Shown here: in pieces, positions 9,986-23,279 of the stretch
How the letters are laid out: every line of letters begins with the position of its first letter
Position numbering within the stretch: the stretch's first letter is position 1
Assembly: GCF_963921235.1 (NCBI RefSeq)
Contig: NC_086097.1
Location: 197,782,001 to 197,846,000, forward strand
DNA: 64,000 bases
Direction of reading: 5' to 3'
From: Mobula hypostoma
Lineage: Eukaryota
Notes under the pieces: model-generated
What the model was told of the DNA's origin: nothing
Database searches by the model: none
What the model saw: only the letters and a program-made list of their open reading frames with translations
Translations under genes and position numbers: made by a program

Positions 9986-12900
9986 ACCATCCCTCTCCCA
10001 TCTATGTATTTATCCAAATGGTGAGCTCACATCCACCACTTTTGCTGGCAGCTCATTCTACATTTGCACCACCCTCTGAATGAAGAATTTTCCCCTCAGG
10101 TTCCCCTTAAATATTTTGCCTTTCACCCTAACCTATTACTTCTAGTTCTAGTCTGACCTAATCTAAGTGAGGAAAGCCTGCTTGTATTTATCCTATCTCT
10201 ATCCCTCATAATTCTGTATTCCTCTATCAAATCTCTGCTCAGTCTCCTATGTTCCAAGGAATAATGTCCTAACCTATTCAATCTTTCCTTATAACTCAGG
10301 TCCTCTAGTCCCAGCAACATCCTTTTTAAATTTTCTCTGTACTCTTTCAAACTTACTTACATCTTTCCTGTAGGTAGGTGACCAAAACTGCACACAATAC
10401 TCCGAATTTGGTCTCACCAATGTCTTGTACAACTTCAGCATAACATCCCATCTCCTTTCCTCAATACTTTGACTTATTAAGGCCAAAGTGGCAAAAGCTT
10501 TCTTCATGACTATCAACCTATGCTGTCACTTTCAGTGAATTATGGATGTGTATTCCCAAATCCCTTCGTTCTACCACACTCCTCAGTGCCCTACAGTTCA
10601 CTGTGTAAGACCTACCCTGGTTGGTTCTACTGAAGTGTAACACCTTGCCTTATCTGCATTAAGTTCCATCTGCCATTTTTCAGCCCAATTTTCCAGCTAT
10701 TCCAGATCCCTCTGCAAACTCTGATAGTTTTCCTCGCTGTCTACTACAATCTTGGGGTCATCTGCAAGCTTAGTGATCCAGTTACCCACATTTCATCCAG
10801 ATCATTGAAATAGATGCCAAACAACAACAGATCCAGCATTAATCCCTGTGGTGCTCCACTATTCAGAGGCTCTCAGCCAGAGAGGCAACCATCTACTACC
10901 ACTCTCTGGCTTCTCCCACAAAGCCAATACCTAATCCAATTTACTACTTCATTTTGAATGCCAAGCTGTGTAGGGCCTTGTCAAAAGCCTTGTTAAAGTC
11001 CACATAGACAATATCCACTGCCTCGTCTTCATCAGTTGTGCTGATAACTTCCTTAAAAAGCTCTATCAGATTGGTTAGACACGACTTATCATGCACAAAG
11101 CCATGTTGACTATCCCTAATCAGTCCATGTCTATTTAAAGATTCATATCTCCAGTCCCAGTCCATGTGGAGCTGAGTTTACAGACACCTGTCACTAAGGA
11201 TTATTTAAATATCTCTGCTAGGGCCCCAGCAGTTTCTGCAATTACTTCCCTCAGGATCCGAGGGAACACCTTGTCAGGCCCTGGGGTCCATGAAGTTGAT
11301 GCCACTTTATATCACTTCTATAGACTCTATATCTGTTTCCTGAGTAAATACAAATGCAAAGAATTCAGTTAAGTTCTTCCCTTCTCTTTTGACTCCACAC
11401 ATGGATTACCATTTCAATCTTCCAGAGGATGAATTTTGTCCCTTATAATTCTGTTGCTCTTTGCCTATCTGAAGAAACCCTTAGGGTTCTCCTTCACCTT
11501 GTCTGCAAGGGTAATCTCATGCCTTCTTTTAACCCTCCTGATTTCTTTCTTAAGCGTTGTCTTGAATTTCTTGTACTCTATAAGTACCACCTTTGTTCCT
11601 ACCTGCCTATTTCTGCTATGCACCTCCTTTTTTTTCTCTTAATCAAGGCCTCAATCCCTCTTGAAAACCAAGTTTCCCTAAACCTGTTATCTTTACCTTT
11701 TATTCTGAACGGCACAAACAAGCTTTGGACTCTCAGAATTTTACTTTTGAAGGCATCTTTGCCAGAAAATAACCTGTCCCAATCTACATTTGCCTGAACC
11801 TTTCTGATACCATCAAATTTGGCCTTTCTCCAATGTAGAATCTCAACCCATGATATATATCTTTTTTCATATTTGAAACTAATGACATTGTGATCACTAG
11901 ATGCAAAGTGTTCCCCTACAAAACTTCTGTCATCTGCCTTTTCTCATTCCCTAATAGCAGATCAAGCATCACACACACTCTCATCGGGACTTTTACATAC
12001 TGTTTAAGTAAACTTTCCTGAACACATTTGACAACTCTGTCCCATCTAGTCCTTTTACAGCATGGGATTCCAAGTCAATATGTGGAAACTTAAACTCACC
12101 TATAAATAACAACCTTGTGTTTCTTGCAACAGTCTGTGATTGCTCCACAAATTTGTTCCTCTAAATTCCTTGGACTGTTGATTGATCTGTACTATAGCCT
12201 TATTAATGTGGTCATACCTTTCTTATTCTCCAGTTCCACCTGTAAAGCTTCACTAGACAAGTTCTTCAGACTGTCCTGAGTGAGCACTGCATGACATTTT
12301 CCCTGACTAGTAATGCCATGCCTTCCCCCTTTAATTCCTCCTGCTCTGTCACATCTAAAACACCTGAACCCTGGAATACTGAGCTGTCAGGTCTGTCCTT
12401 CCTGAAACCAAGTTTCAGTAATCGCTACAATATCATAATTCCATGTGTTGATCCATGCCTTGAGCTCATCTGCCTTTCCTACAATACTTCTTGCTTTAAA
12501 ATATACACAGCTCAGGACATTAGTTGCACCTTGCTTAAATTTTTAATTCCTGACTTTCTTTGAGGTCTCAACAACATCCATCTCCACAGCCCTGGAAGAG
12601 AGTCCAATGATCCAAAAATTTGATGTCTTCCCTTCTGCACCAAATCCTTACCCATGTGTTAAACTGTATTATTTTCCTATTTCTGGCCCTACTAGCACAT
12701 GCCATGGGTAGTAATCCTGAGATCTCAACCCTAGAGGTCCTGCCTTTTAACTTATCACCTAACTCCCTGAACTCACTTTGTAGAACGCATCACCTCAGTC
12801 ATTGGTACTTACATGGACCACAACCCCTAGCTGCTCACCCTCCTGCTTAAGAATGCTGAGCACTAGATCTGAGATGTCTTGGACCCTGGCACCCAAGACG

Positions 12901-13235
12901 CTACGTATCATCCAGGAATCTCGTTCTCAGCCACAGAACCTCATTTATGTTCCTCTAACTTACAAATCCCCTATCACCATATCTCGCCTCTTTTCTCCCC
13001 TTCCCTTCTGAGTTACAAAGCCAGATTCAGTGCCAAAGAGTTGACCACTCTCTCCTGTGTCTTGCGTCTTGGGTGTAACTACCTACTTATTACTGCCGTA
13101 GGGTCCAAATGATCTGGAAATCATCTATTTGTGGCTCCATCTCTGAGTGTTAGAAGCTGCAGCTCAATGCATTTCTCGCAGTTGTAGTCATCAGGAACAC
13201 TGGAGGTCTCACTGCCTTCCCACATCCTGCAAGAG
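9986..13235 (-). mobile_element. Long degenerate CR1 (ORF1 zinc finger/esterase remnant + ORF2)
   Basis: CRMWE..PDDYNCEKCIELQLL; LIRDSQHGFVHDKSCLTNLIE..VDIVYVDFNKAFDK; LYKTLVRPNSEYCVQFWSP; LGHYSLEHRRL. Confidence 0.88.
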
Positions 13236-15402
13236 GAATATTCAAGGGGATCTTGCATTTTATTGTCTACCTGCACTGCATTTTCCCTGCAGCTGTTATA
13301 ATTATTTTGCATTGCTATTGTTTTACCTCTTCCTACCTCAATGCGCTGTGTAATGAGTGGTATGCAAGACAAGTTTTTCACTGTACTTCAGTGCATGTGC
13401 TAATATTCTGATTCCATTTAACCACATAACCATATTTATGACCAGTTTAATTATGTATAGTCTAATGAAGCATATATTTCATTTATATAATATCATATTT
13501 ACATTCCTAAAATCATTAAAAGTTGGGGTAAAGTAGGGAGGTACAATTATTACTTTTGATGATTCAAAATACTTTGGTCAAACTCACCTTTTGTCACTCT
13601 CCCAAATTTAATTTCAAATCTGAAAGAAAAGAACTGCTATTAATGATTTCAGTAATGATTTCAATACTAACACCTAAAAGTTTAAGCTTTCAAGGCTGAT
13701 CACAAGCCAACAAAGGCTGTTCATAAAAATCCAAAGAAATTAATGATTCCCAATTAATTAAATATTGCACCTTTTATTTTAGGGATGATTTCTGAAAAGT
13801 ATTTGATGTATATGTATTGCTACATTGATATCTTATTTTCCTGGCTTCAGCATGCCTCTTTTTCACAGATCATTAAGTGGGTGAGCTAAAATGATTTGAG
13901 GTATATATGCTGAATTTAAGTAGCATTTATGTCTACTTTTCTGCAAGCAGTCTGTTCCTACTTCATGGGTGTTCTCCTATCCAATATTATGTGTTGATTA
14001 AATGTTTTCTCTTATTTCTTCTTTAAATGAACATTTGAGATTAAGAGTTCAACTGTTTATTAATTAATCTGTATTTCAATGTTTTATGGATGTATTTAGA
14101 ATTTTCCTCAATTAATGCAGGACTTTACGTTGCTAAACTCCTAAAATTTTAGTCAAACATTAACCGGCATATTTGAATTTCCAGTTCATTCCAGTTCATT
14201 TATTTCTTGTCCTTTCAGATGAGCTGATATATTTGGAATTGCAGTGATTCTTTGTGCTGTAAATCCATATAAAATCTGCCTCTTTGATTTGCAAGGTGTT
14301 GTCAATACTTTCAGTTCCAAATATTGTTATTTATAAGTAGAATTGAAAATGTCATGATACAAATATTACAAGTTAGTATCATTAAATGTAAATGTAGTTA
14401 AAATGTCAAACTCTTCCACCTTTAACATTGGTATTCATTTTGGACCTCCATGTCAGCTTAAATGTCAGAAATGAATATGTCTAATTGACAGCATCTTTTG
14501 TAGTGGACAGTCAGCCAGGGATGAATAACCATGGTTAAATAGATATTTAGAATTATTATTTGATTATCTTCAAAGAGATTAAATACATTTTTGAGGTTAC
14601 GAAAACTAACTTGCATTTGGTATTTTCTCTTGTGTCATGTTTAAAATGTTAAGATGGACACAAAAGAAAAACTTAATCAGTTATACATCAGTTAGACATA
14701 TTGTTGTAACCAGCTCTAAAATACTAGTTCTATATTAATTCATTATGCTGATTGTGTTGTTAGTAGTTGCTGATAATTAAATAAATAGATTCAGCAATGC
14801 ATTTGTATTTCAAGAAGAGAGTGACTTTGTAAGTAAAGCCAGTTAAGCCAATGTGTGAGTGCTTTATTAAACTGCAAGGAAATCACACATAGGAAGAAAT
14901 GGGGTGTGCAGTGATGCATCCATTTGTGCAAAGATTTAGCAGATAATTGTATTAGAAACCCTTACTGTCTTACTTAGTAAACCCTTACTTAGTAAACTAA
15001 GTAGCTTAGTATGAATACATTTTCAGTTTCATTTGTATCCCTTTTAAAGCCCAATTTATGTTGCAACCATGTACCGTGTTTGTCTATATTATGTCAATTT
15101 ATGAAGAGCAAATGGCATTAACAATTCACTTGCCTTTTCAGTTTTAATTCTGGAATCTTCAGAGCTCTTCGGTCATGTATTGTCTGTATACAGTATGGCC
15201 TGGAAAAATTCAGAAATGAATTTGGTGCATGCTACTCCTGTGTTCCCAATGATGCAGTGCTGTGGTGGTACTGTTTGCATTAACAGTTGCACTTAAGATA
15301 TTGAAATTGAAAAATAAAGCCATTTATTATTTTGTTTTTCCTCATGAACTTATAGTCACTATTTTTCATGTAGACCACGATAAAAATGTCAATGCAGATC
15401 CT

Positions 15403-15505
15403 AGCAACACACATCAAAGTTGCTGGTGAACGCAGCAGGCCAGGCAGCATCTCTAGGAAGAGGTACAGTCAACGTTTCAGGCCAAGGCCCTTCGTCAGGA
15501 CCTGT
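15403..15505 (-). mobile_element. ~100-bp PLE-terminus mini-element with intact hammerhead core (15466-15501)
   Basis: Reverse complement gtc-CTGACGA-A-GGGC(CTTG)GCCT-GAAAC-GTT-gac followed by the PLE 3' end; flanked by tgcagatcct at 15393-15402 and 15506-15515. Confidence 0.8.
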
Positions 15506-17339
15506 TGCAGATCCTGTTGTGTACTTGTAATGAGTGCTGTCGCAACATTACTTGAGAAGCTTAACATTATCCAAGCCAAAGAAACTTAGTTGACCGGCAC
15601 CGTATCATCTGCTCTGAATATTCATACTTTTCATTATCAATGCTTCATGGCTACAATCTTTATCACTTGCAAAATGGACTGCACGCTTTCTGTCTTTACA
15701 ACTCAAACAGCTACTAGCAAACTGAACCACTGAGTATAACTTCTGTCACAAAGAAGGGCAATGGTAGCTGATGTATGAAAATACCACCATGTTTAGTGTT
15801 CCCTTTTGATTTGGGTATAATTCTGATGCAAAAAATTATCACCCTTCTTTGTTCATTGAATATCCTTATGAGTAATACTCAGGAAGTATCTTTGCTAGAA
15901 AGGCTGCCTCTGGTTGAAGGTGTTTCACCGTCATCACTACCATAGCAATGAGGATTGGGCAATAAACATGGGCTTGTCCATGACAACTACATCATGAAAA
16001 ATAAATACAGATAGCCCCCCATGTAGTGGCAATAAGGATAAGGAACTTTGTCCTTACAGAATCCACAATTCACTGCCAAAAAACCTGTGATACAGAATAT
16101 AGATATGCTGTTATGAAATTTATGTGAAAGAAAGTAGATAAATCTGAATTCGGAGCCATTTTGCTGTTCACGCTTGCTACCACATTTAATAAGACCATGG
16201 TCGATGTATGTTTAACTTCAACTCCACATTCCCATCTACCCACAGTAACCCTTGACCCCATTACTTACCAAGCATGTATCTACATCAGCCTTTGAAAATA
16301 TTCAGTGTTTGTCATCACCTTTTCAGGTAGTATGTTTCAAAGATTCATAATCTTTGCAAAAAATGTTTCAGAATCCTACATCCAGATCCCAATGCATGTC
16401 AGAGCACTGTAATGTTTAAATAATAAATTCCCTTATTTTTTTCCTCTGAAGATTAACAATTGCCCATTTTCCCTCCAATAAACTCTATGTCTCCTCTCTT
16501 CTCCCACCCACTCATTCCACTACCACCCTTCGCAACAAGACACTTGATGAAGTCAAAGAGATTAGCAATTAGCAAAAACACTTCTCTTCACTCCTCCCCA
16601 ACCTTCAAAATTAGCTTTCATGATCCAGGAGTATAAAATGATAAAGATGTAAGTCCTCAATACACAACTTACACCTAATAACACTGACTGCATCAAGTCT
16701 TCTTTGCATCTTTACAACAAATCCACACTTACAGCATGTGCAGGCAATGTGTTACTAATGTTGGTTTTCTCCTCTAATACATCAAATAGGAATACAAATT
16801 TTGAAGATCTTATTGACTGAAATGTTCCAGCATAATTAGAGCACTGACATTTACTTCAGCTATTGGGATATTATATCTGGACGTCCTGATGCCAGTCTTG
16901 GTCAAATTTGGATTGATATTGGGGCAATCATTCTCACTTCAGTTTTGGAATTCTTCTCCACATTTGAATGTAGGCTTTGTTGAGGTCTGGAGATGACTAC
17001 TCGCAGTGAAGCCAAATTGAGCGTTGGTGAACAGGTGAATGCAGTTTGTCACCCTCCATCATTTTGTTGATGGGATGGTAACAGACCAGTTTAAGTTTGT
17101 CCTTTTAGTTGTGAACAGTATATACCTTATTTTCCATATTGTTGGTTAGATATCACATGTAATTGGTGGAACAGCTTGGCTAAAGAACCAATTAGTTTTG
17201 GAGCTCAAGCTTTCAGTACTGTATCTCAGATGTTGTTTAATCTCATAGTCTTTGCTATAATCTATTCTGCCTTGATATCATTTTGATTGAATTGAAATAA
17301 TTAAAGACTGGCTTCTGTGATGGTTTGAGAAGATAGTTT

Positions 17340-17490
17340 TGCTTTTATATCATCTCAATGTGTACTTAAGAATGTATAAATAATTGTAGTTTTATACATA
17401 TAAAAAATGGAAAAGGTTATATGTGTGAAAAAAGTACATGATAATTGTGAACTCCTTATCCAAATAAAAATAAAATTAAAAAAAAAGAAA
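17340..17490 (+). mobile_element. Short 5'-truncated polyadenylated retro-insertion (L1-like 3' end)
   Basis: AT-rich UTR-like sequence ending in AATAAA plus an A-tail. Confidence 0.45.
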
Positions 17491-19483
17491 ATAGACCAAC
17501 AGATCACAGATGTGAAAATTTCACCTTTGTCTTTGCCAGGTGGATGTTGGGTCTTCATTGATAATGGGGATATACTGTTTTCTTTGCAAGCATGAAGTCC
17601 AGGTTTATAGCTTGATTAGGTTTGCACATCATTTTTAGGGTAGCCATTTGCTGTTTCCACACTGTCCTACTCTACTGATTGAAATGAGATTAATCCCCTA
17701 ATTTGATTGTAATTGTGGAGGGTGATGTAAGGCATGTCATTAAATTACTAGTTATGGCGGTGTACATTGCTGCTGCCTTGTATTATTTAGAGTAATGATA
17801 TCCTTGCAGCTGTTTATACTAGCAAAATACATTTGCATTGATCTTAAGTACTTTTAAGTGAACTTCCTGTGTATTACAACTGTAGCACGTTTGAACTTTT
17901 TGAAATTTTAATAAAGATTAATTGCTTCAACGCTGCTTATCCCAAGTGCATTAAAATGAAGAGTACGTTAATTTAAAAAAAAACTAACTGCTGGATTACA
18001 TTAAATCCTTCTGATTTCTCTGGAAAAGCCACCGAGTAGCAATGTGCTCAAATGCATTTGTTACTGTAAAGTACAAACATGCAGTCTTATTGTAGTCCTA
18101 GAGATTCAGGCAAGCAGCTTAATTTCATGCACATCAACCAATGGAGTTTTCATTTTATGTTCAATCAAATCAAAGCAAGGAACAGCTGGAATGTATTTTT
18201 TGTGAAATGTATTATTTTAAAATTTACAGCAGTGAGAAAGATCATTTGGTTGGTGGCAATGTTTAGGCTCTACACAAATACTAGATATCATCCACTTAGT
18301 TGTATTCTCTATAATAACAATAGAAATATTGGATTTAAACAAATTGGTCGTGCTTTTTAGAGGTGGCAACAGTAATATGGTCATTATGAGAAATCAGTCT
18401 GAGCTATGGTCTTGAGGTTTTGTGCCCAAGGCAATGTGGTGATAACTGGACAAATTTTTCAATATAAGTGACCAATGATGCAGCTCTATAAAACTCTATA
18501 AATGAGGAACAATATACTGTTTCTGAAGAGGCTAGTTCAATCAAAGTTGCAATAGCAACGTACTTGGAAATATAAATCTATTTGTCAACTTTAAATGTAA
18601 TAAAGAATATTTTAATGAATCTGCTGCAGAGAAAATAGCCTTCTCCTCTGTCTTGCCTATTCACCCATGAATCATCTAACGTTCTTAAAGTACAAGTTTA
18701 ATTATCATTCAACCATACATGAATACCCATGAATAGAGCCAATGGAAGCTTTACAGTACCAAGCCATACACAATATAATGCACATATAGCACATACAAGA
18801 TATCAGTAAAATTCCCCCTCATCTCTCACACAACATCATGCACAATTATTGCAAATTTGGTAAATAAAATGCTATTATGTACTTAACATCACTTATCTTC
18901 CATAAGATGAAATACTAGATAAATAAGCTGCTGCAAAATATAAGTTGGTATCTTAGTTGAACTAATGACTTTTTGTTAAATAGTATATCTGTAATGAGTA
19001 CTATGGATTTTTTTCCAGTAAGTTCAGAAGTTATATGATTCTGTTCATGGTAAGAAATAAATATCGGTAAGCCTTGGCATAAACTTGATCATTTCTTTCA
19101 GAAACATATCATTATATTGTTTATAATGTTGAACCTAGTGCCTCAATATGCAGTGGCAGTAGGACACAACTATGGTATGTCTCTTTGTGACTGCTGCATC
19201 TGGCTTTAGTATCTTCCTCAGCAACTTGTCTTGTGTCTTGAAATGTGCAAATCTGCATAATTATTTTGCAATGTCTCTTAGCACATTGGCAACCACTGAA
19301 TTTTGTGCTGATACCTGTGTCCATTCACAACTTGATGCCGCTACATAAAGATAACTATCTGCCTGAGAGCTACGTTAGGTATATTTGCACCTCCCCTTCC
19401 TCCAGAGATTTGTTCATTGCAACCCTGCAGGTTCAATTAATTTTGGATGTTATTTCCATTGTCATCATATCCTTAAAAATATA

Positions 19484-21171
19484 CACTCAGTGGTCACTTT
19501 ATTAGGAAAAGTTTGAACGTGTTGTGCATTCAGAGATGCATATCACTGTTGTAACGTGTGGTTACTTGTGTTACTGTTACCTTTCTGTCAGCTTGAACCA
19601 GTCTGAATATTCTCCTCTGACCTTTCTCATTAGCAAGCTGCTCTCACCCATAGAACTGCCATTCACTAGATGTATTTTGTTTTTCACACCATTCTCTGGA
19701 AACACTAGAGATTGTTGTGCATGAAAACCCCAGGAGATCAGCAGTTTCTGAGATACTCAAACCACCATGTGGCACCAATAACCATTCCCCAGTCAAAGTC
19801 ACTTAGATCACATTTCTTTTCCTTTCTAATGTCTAGACTGAACATCACTAAACTTCTTGCAGCATACGCAAATGCTGGAGGACCTCAGCAGGTCTGGGAG
19901 CATCTATGGAAATAAATAACATTCGATGTTTTGGGCCGAGACCCTTCATAAGAACTGGAAACATAGGGAGAAAATGCCAGAATAAGAAAGGGGGGCAAGC
20001 TAGAAGGTGACAGATGAAGCCAGGTGGGTGGGGAATGAGGGCTGAAGTAAGAAGCTGGGAGGTGATAGGTTGAAAAGTTAATGGACTGGAGAATTAACAA
20101 TCTGATAGAATAGGAGAATGGACTACGAGAGAAAGGGAAGGAGGAGGGGCACTGGGGGGAGATGATAGAGGGGAGGTAATAGACCAGAGTGGGGAATTGA
20201 AGGGAGAGGGAGAAAATACTGGAAGTTGGAGAAATCAATATTTATGCCATCTGGTCGGAGACTTCCTAGGCGGAATATGAGATGTTGCTCCTCCAACCTA
20301 AGAGGGGCCTCATCATTGCAGAAGAAGAGGCCGTGGACTGATATTCTGAATGGGGTTAGGAATTAAAATGGTTGGCCACCAGGAAATTCTGCTTTTTGAA
20401 GATGGAGCGGATTTATTCAACGAAGTGTTTCCCCAATCAATGTTGGGTCTCACCAATGTAGAGGAGGCTGCATCTGGAGCTCTGGATACAGTAGATGACC
20501 CCAACAGATTCAGAGGTGAAGTGTTGCCTCACCTGGAAGGACTATTTGGGCCCTAAATGGAGATGAGGGAGGAGATAAGTGGGCAGGTGTAACACTCCTG
20601 CTTGCAGGGATAAGTGTCAGGAGGGAGATTATTGGGGAAGGACAAATGGACAAGGGAATCACAAAGGAAGCAATCCCCATGGAAAGCAGTGAGTGGGTGG
20701 AGGGTTTATAGGTAAGGATGTATTTAGTGGTAGGGCCCTTGAAAGGAAAGCCTCATCCTGGGAACACTTGGCAGACAGGAAGAAACTAAGAAAAGGGAAA
20801 GACATCTTTATGGGAGACATGGTGGAAATAAGTTATCGTCAAGATAGAGATTCAGCCGGTTTATAAGAGATATCAGTAGACAGTTTGTCTCCAGAGAGAG
20901 GCAGGGGGATTGAGAAAGGGGAAAAAGGTGTCAGAAATGAAACAAGTGAAGTTACGGGTATTGTGGAAGTTCAAGGCAAAGCTGATGAAATTGATGAGCT
21001 CAACATGGGTGCATGGAGCAGTTCTATGTAGTGACTCTTGACCATGAACTGAACCTGTTCACCATGTCTGCATGCTTTTATGCATTGAGTTGCTGCCATA
21101 GGATTGGCTGATTAGAAATATGCATTAACGAGCAGGTGTGCATGTAAATCTTTTAAAGTGACTACTCAGTG
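19484..21171 (-). mobile_element. Internally deleted Tc1 transposon (resembles DD35E/Traveler type) interrupted by a PLE
   Basis: TA-CACTCAGTGGTCACTTTA ... TAAAGTGACTACTCAGTG-TA ends; N-terminal transposase remnant homologous to 48555-48900. Confidence 0.7.
19860..21030 (-). mobile_element. PLE copy (RT C-terminus, GIY-YIG, 3' end), degenerate hammerhead
   Basis: Homologous to ~5210-6280; appears to retain the segment deleted from the 3500 copy; hammerhead core decayed to CTTATGA/AAAAC. Confidence 0.85.
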
Positions 21172-22171
21172 TAGATCCCTGTTATTTTCTAAAAACTGTT
21201 CTGCTTTTCTCTCTGAGTTGGAGATAAGGGAACATTAATAAACTCCAATATTATCTGTAACTTTCAAACTTCTGTCCTTATCCATGGTGTGAATGTTATC
21301 TTGCCATAGTTCTTCTACAAGCAATATTGCAAAATATCTGTTTTTGAAATCACTAGTAAATTAATGTTGTGTTCCATTTATAAGTAACTTGCAGGATGTC
21401 AATTCAATATACTTATTTGAGTCACAGTCATGCAGGTTTCATTGGATACAAAATTCTATTCTCATCTAAGTTGTGATTCAGTAGGTGACTGGCTCCTCAA
21501 GCTATTGTCTATTCCTAGTTTTTCCTTACAAAGTCTTAAAGTTAGTCAGCCTGTTGTCTAAAAATTATTCTATCCAATTTTTTTTTTGGTATTAGAACAG
21601 TGGAGTGAATCATCCTACCATTATTTGGTAAAGTTGTGTATGAGTGAGAACTCCAAATTCAAGATTCATAAAATAATGTTGCCGTGTTTCCCTGTGCAAC
21701 TCCACACTCAAACTGACATTGTTGGTTCCTTGTGTTCCCTTTCTGAGATATTGCAAGTTTTTGCAATTATTGGAATTTAACGCAGCTAATGTGTTGTTTG
21801 TAGTCAGCTATTTAAGAGATATAGAATAGTAAAAACATACAGTTCTAGCTCCAGAGTAGTGTTTCCAATGCACGGATGGGTGGGACAATAATGAGAGAAG
21901 GATTGGAGAGTGTTTTGTATATCAGAGGGCTCTGGATGGACTGCAGACAGGAGGCACATTCTTTATGCCAAGGAGGCCAGGGTATTGCCTCCTTGTAGCT
22001 GAACATTCCTGGCAACATTTGCCAGGCAGGTATGAGTAAAGATCATACATGTTGCTGAATTCCTGTACTGTTGGGAAGCACACAATACAACCAGATGTGC
22101 ACACCCATTTTGCTTGTCTCAAAAGCCTGAAGAAAACATCGATGGAGATTCTTCATGAGACACGATTTTTT

Positions 22172-22804
22172 TTAGATTATGAGGACACTCAGTCCTCGTT
22201 TATTGTCATTTAGTAATGCATGCATTAAGAAATAATACAATGTTCCTCCAGTATGATATCACAGAAACACAAGACAGACCAAGACTAAAACTGACAAAAA
22301 CCACATAATTATAACGTATAGTTACAACAGTGCAAAGCAATACTGTAATTTGATAAAGAGCAGACCAGAGCACGGTAAAAAAAAAGTCTCAAAGTCCCGA
22401 TAGCCCCATCATCTCATGCAGACGGTAGAAGAAAGAAACTCTCCCTGCCATGAGCCTCCAGTGCCGCAAACTTGCCGATGCAACACCCTGGAAGCAGTCG
22501 ACTCTGAGTCCATCCGAAAACTTTGAGCCTCCGACCAGCCCTCCGACACCGAGCACCAAGCACCATCTCTGCCGGGCGCTTCGACCCTGGCCCTGGCCGC
22601 CAAGCAACAGGCAAAGCCGACAATTCGGGGCCTTCCCCTCCGGAGATTCTGGATCGCGTAGTAGCAACAGCAGTGAAACAGGCATTTCAGAAGTTTCATT
22701 AAATGTTCCTCCGTCCGTCTCCATCAAATCAGGATTGTGCACGGCATCCTACTTAACAAATAACAGATATTCATCACTGGAGTGGCGGCTGCCATCTTCT
22801 CTTC
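22172..22804 (-). mobile_element. Non-coding ~630-bp non-autonomous retroelement, copy 1
   Basis: Colinear with 41094-41711; 5' GAAGATGGCAGC; 3' AATAAA, GAGGAC(TGAGT)GTCCTC hairpin and ATAATCT tail; relatively CpG-rich. Confidence 0.75.
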
Positions 22805-23279
22805 TTAATTTTTGATTCCTTCTTTGATGTTGCTGTGAACAATGAATTGTGACGTGGCACAGATGAACAGTAGTGAAATAATAAAGTATTGGAGAGAGAA
22901 TGTTATTGATATCTTGATGATAGGGTGGAGTGAAAAAGTGGGAGGGTGTGGCTGGAGAGAAAACAGAGGTTGAAAATCCTCAGAAAATGTGAAGAAATCT
23001 ATTTTCCAAAATGCATTAAAGCATTCAGGGATATGTGCAAGATTGTACAGCATGTCCTCCTCTTTTAACTTGGTACATTTCCTACACAATGAGCCTTACC
23101 ATTTTTTCCCAGGATATTTTAGTAGGAAAGACCGTTTTAGTGTATTCTTAACTATAACTCTGTATAGGTGAAATTCAATGCAATGATGTTAGATATGGAA
23201 GGTAGGAGGCTTATCTGGAGTATAAATAAAAATAAAAAATTCTTGACTTATTATTCTGCTTTAAATACATTGCATCGCT

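Noticed and set aside
15560..17760. Probable very old LINE remnants (also 58080-58550 and 62440-62960, PLE-like)
   Set aside because: Too decayed to assign family or boundaries by eye, so not listed as features
19921..19960. Functional hammerheads at 19921-19960, 26695-26728 and 43815-43850
   Set aside because: Core nucleotides are mutated (CTTATGA with AAAAC; GAAA lost; CTGCCGA), so they are treated as decayed copies
22389..22815. Overlapping ORFs in the non-coding retroelement
   Set aside because: Not maintained as a common reading frame in the second copy (41094-41711)
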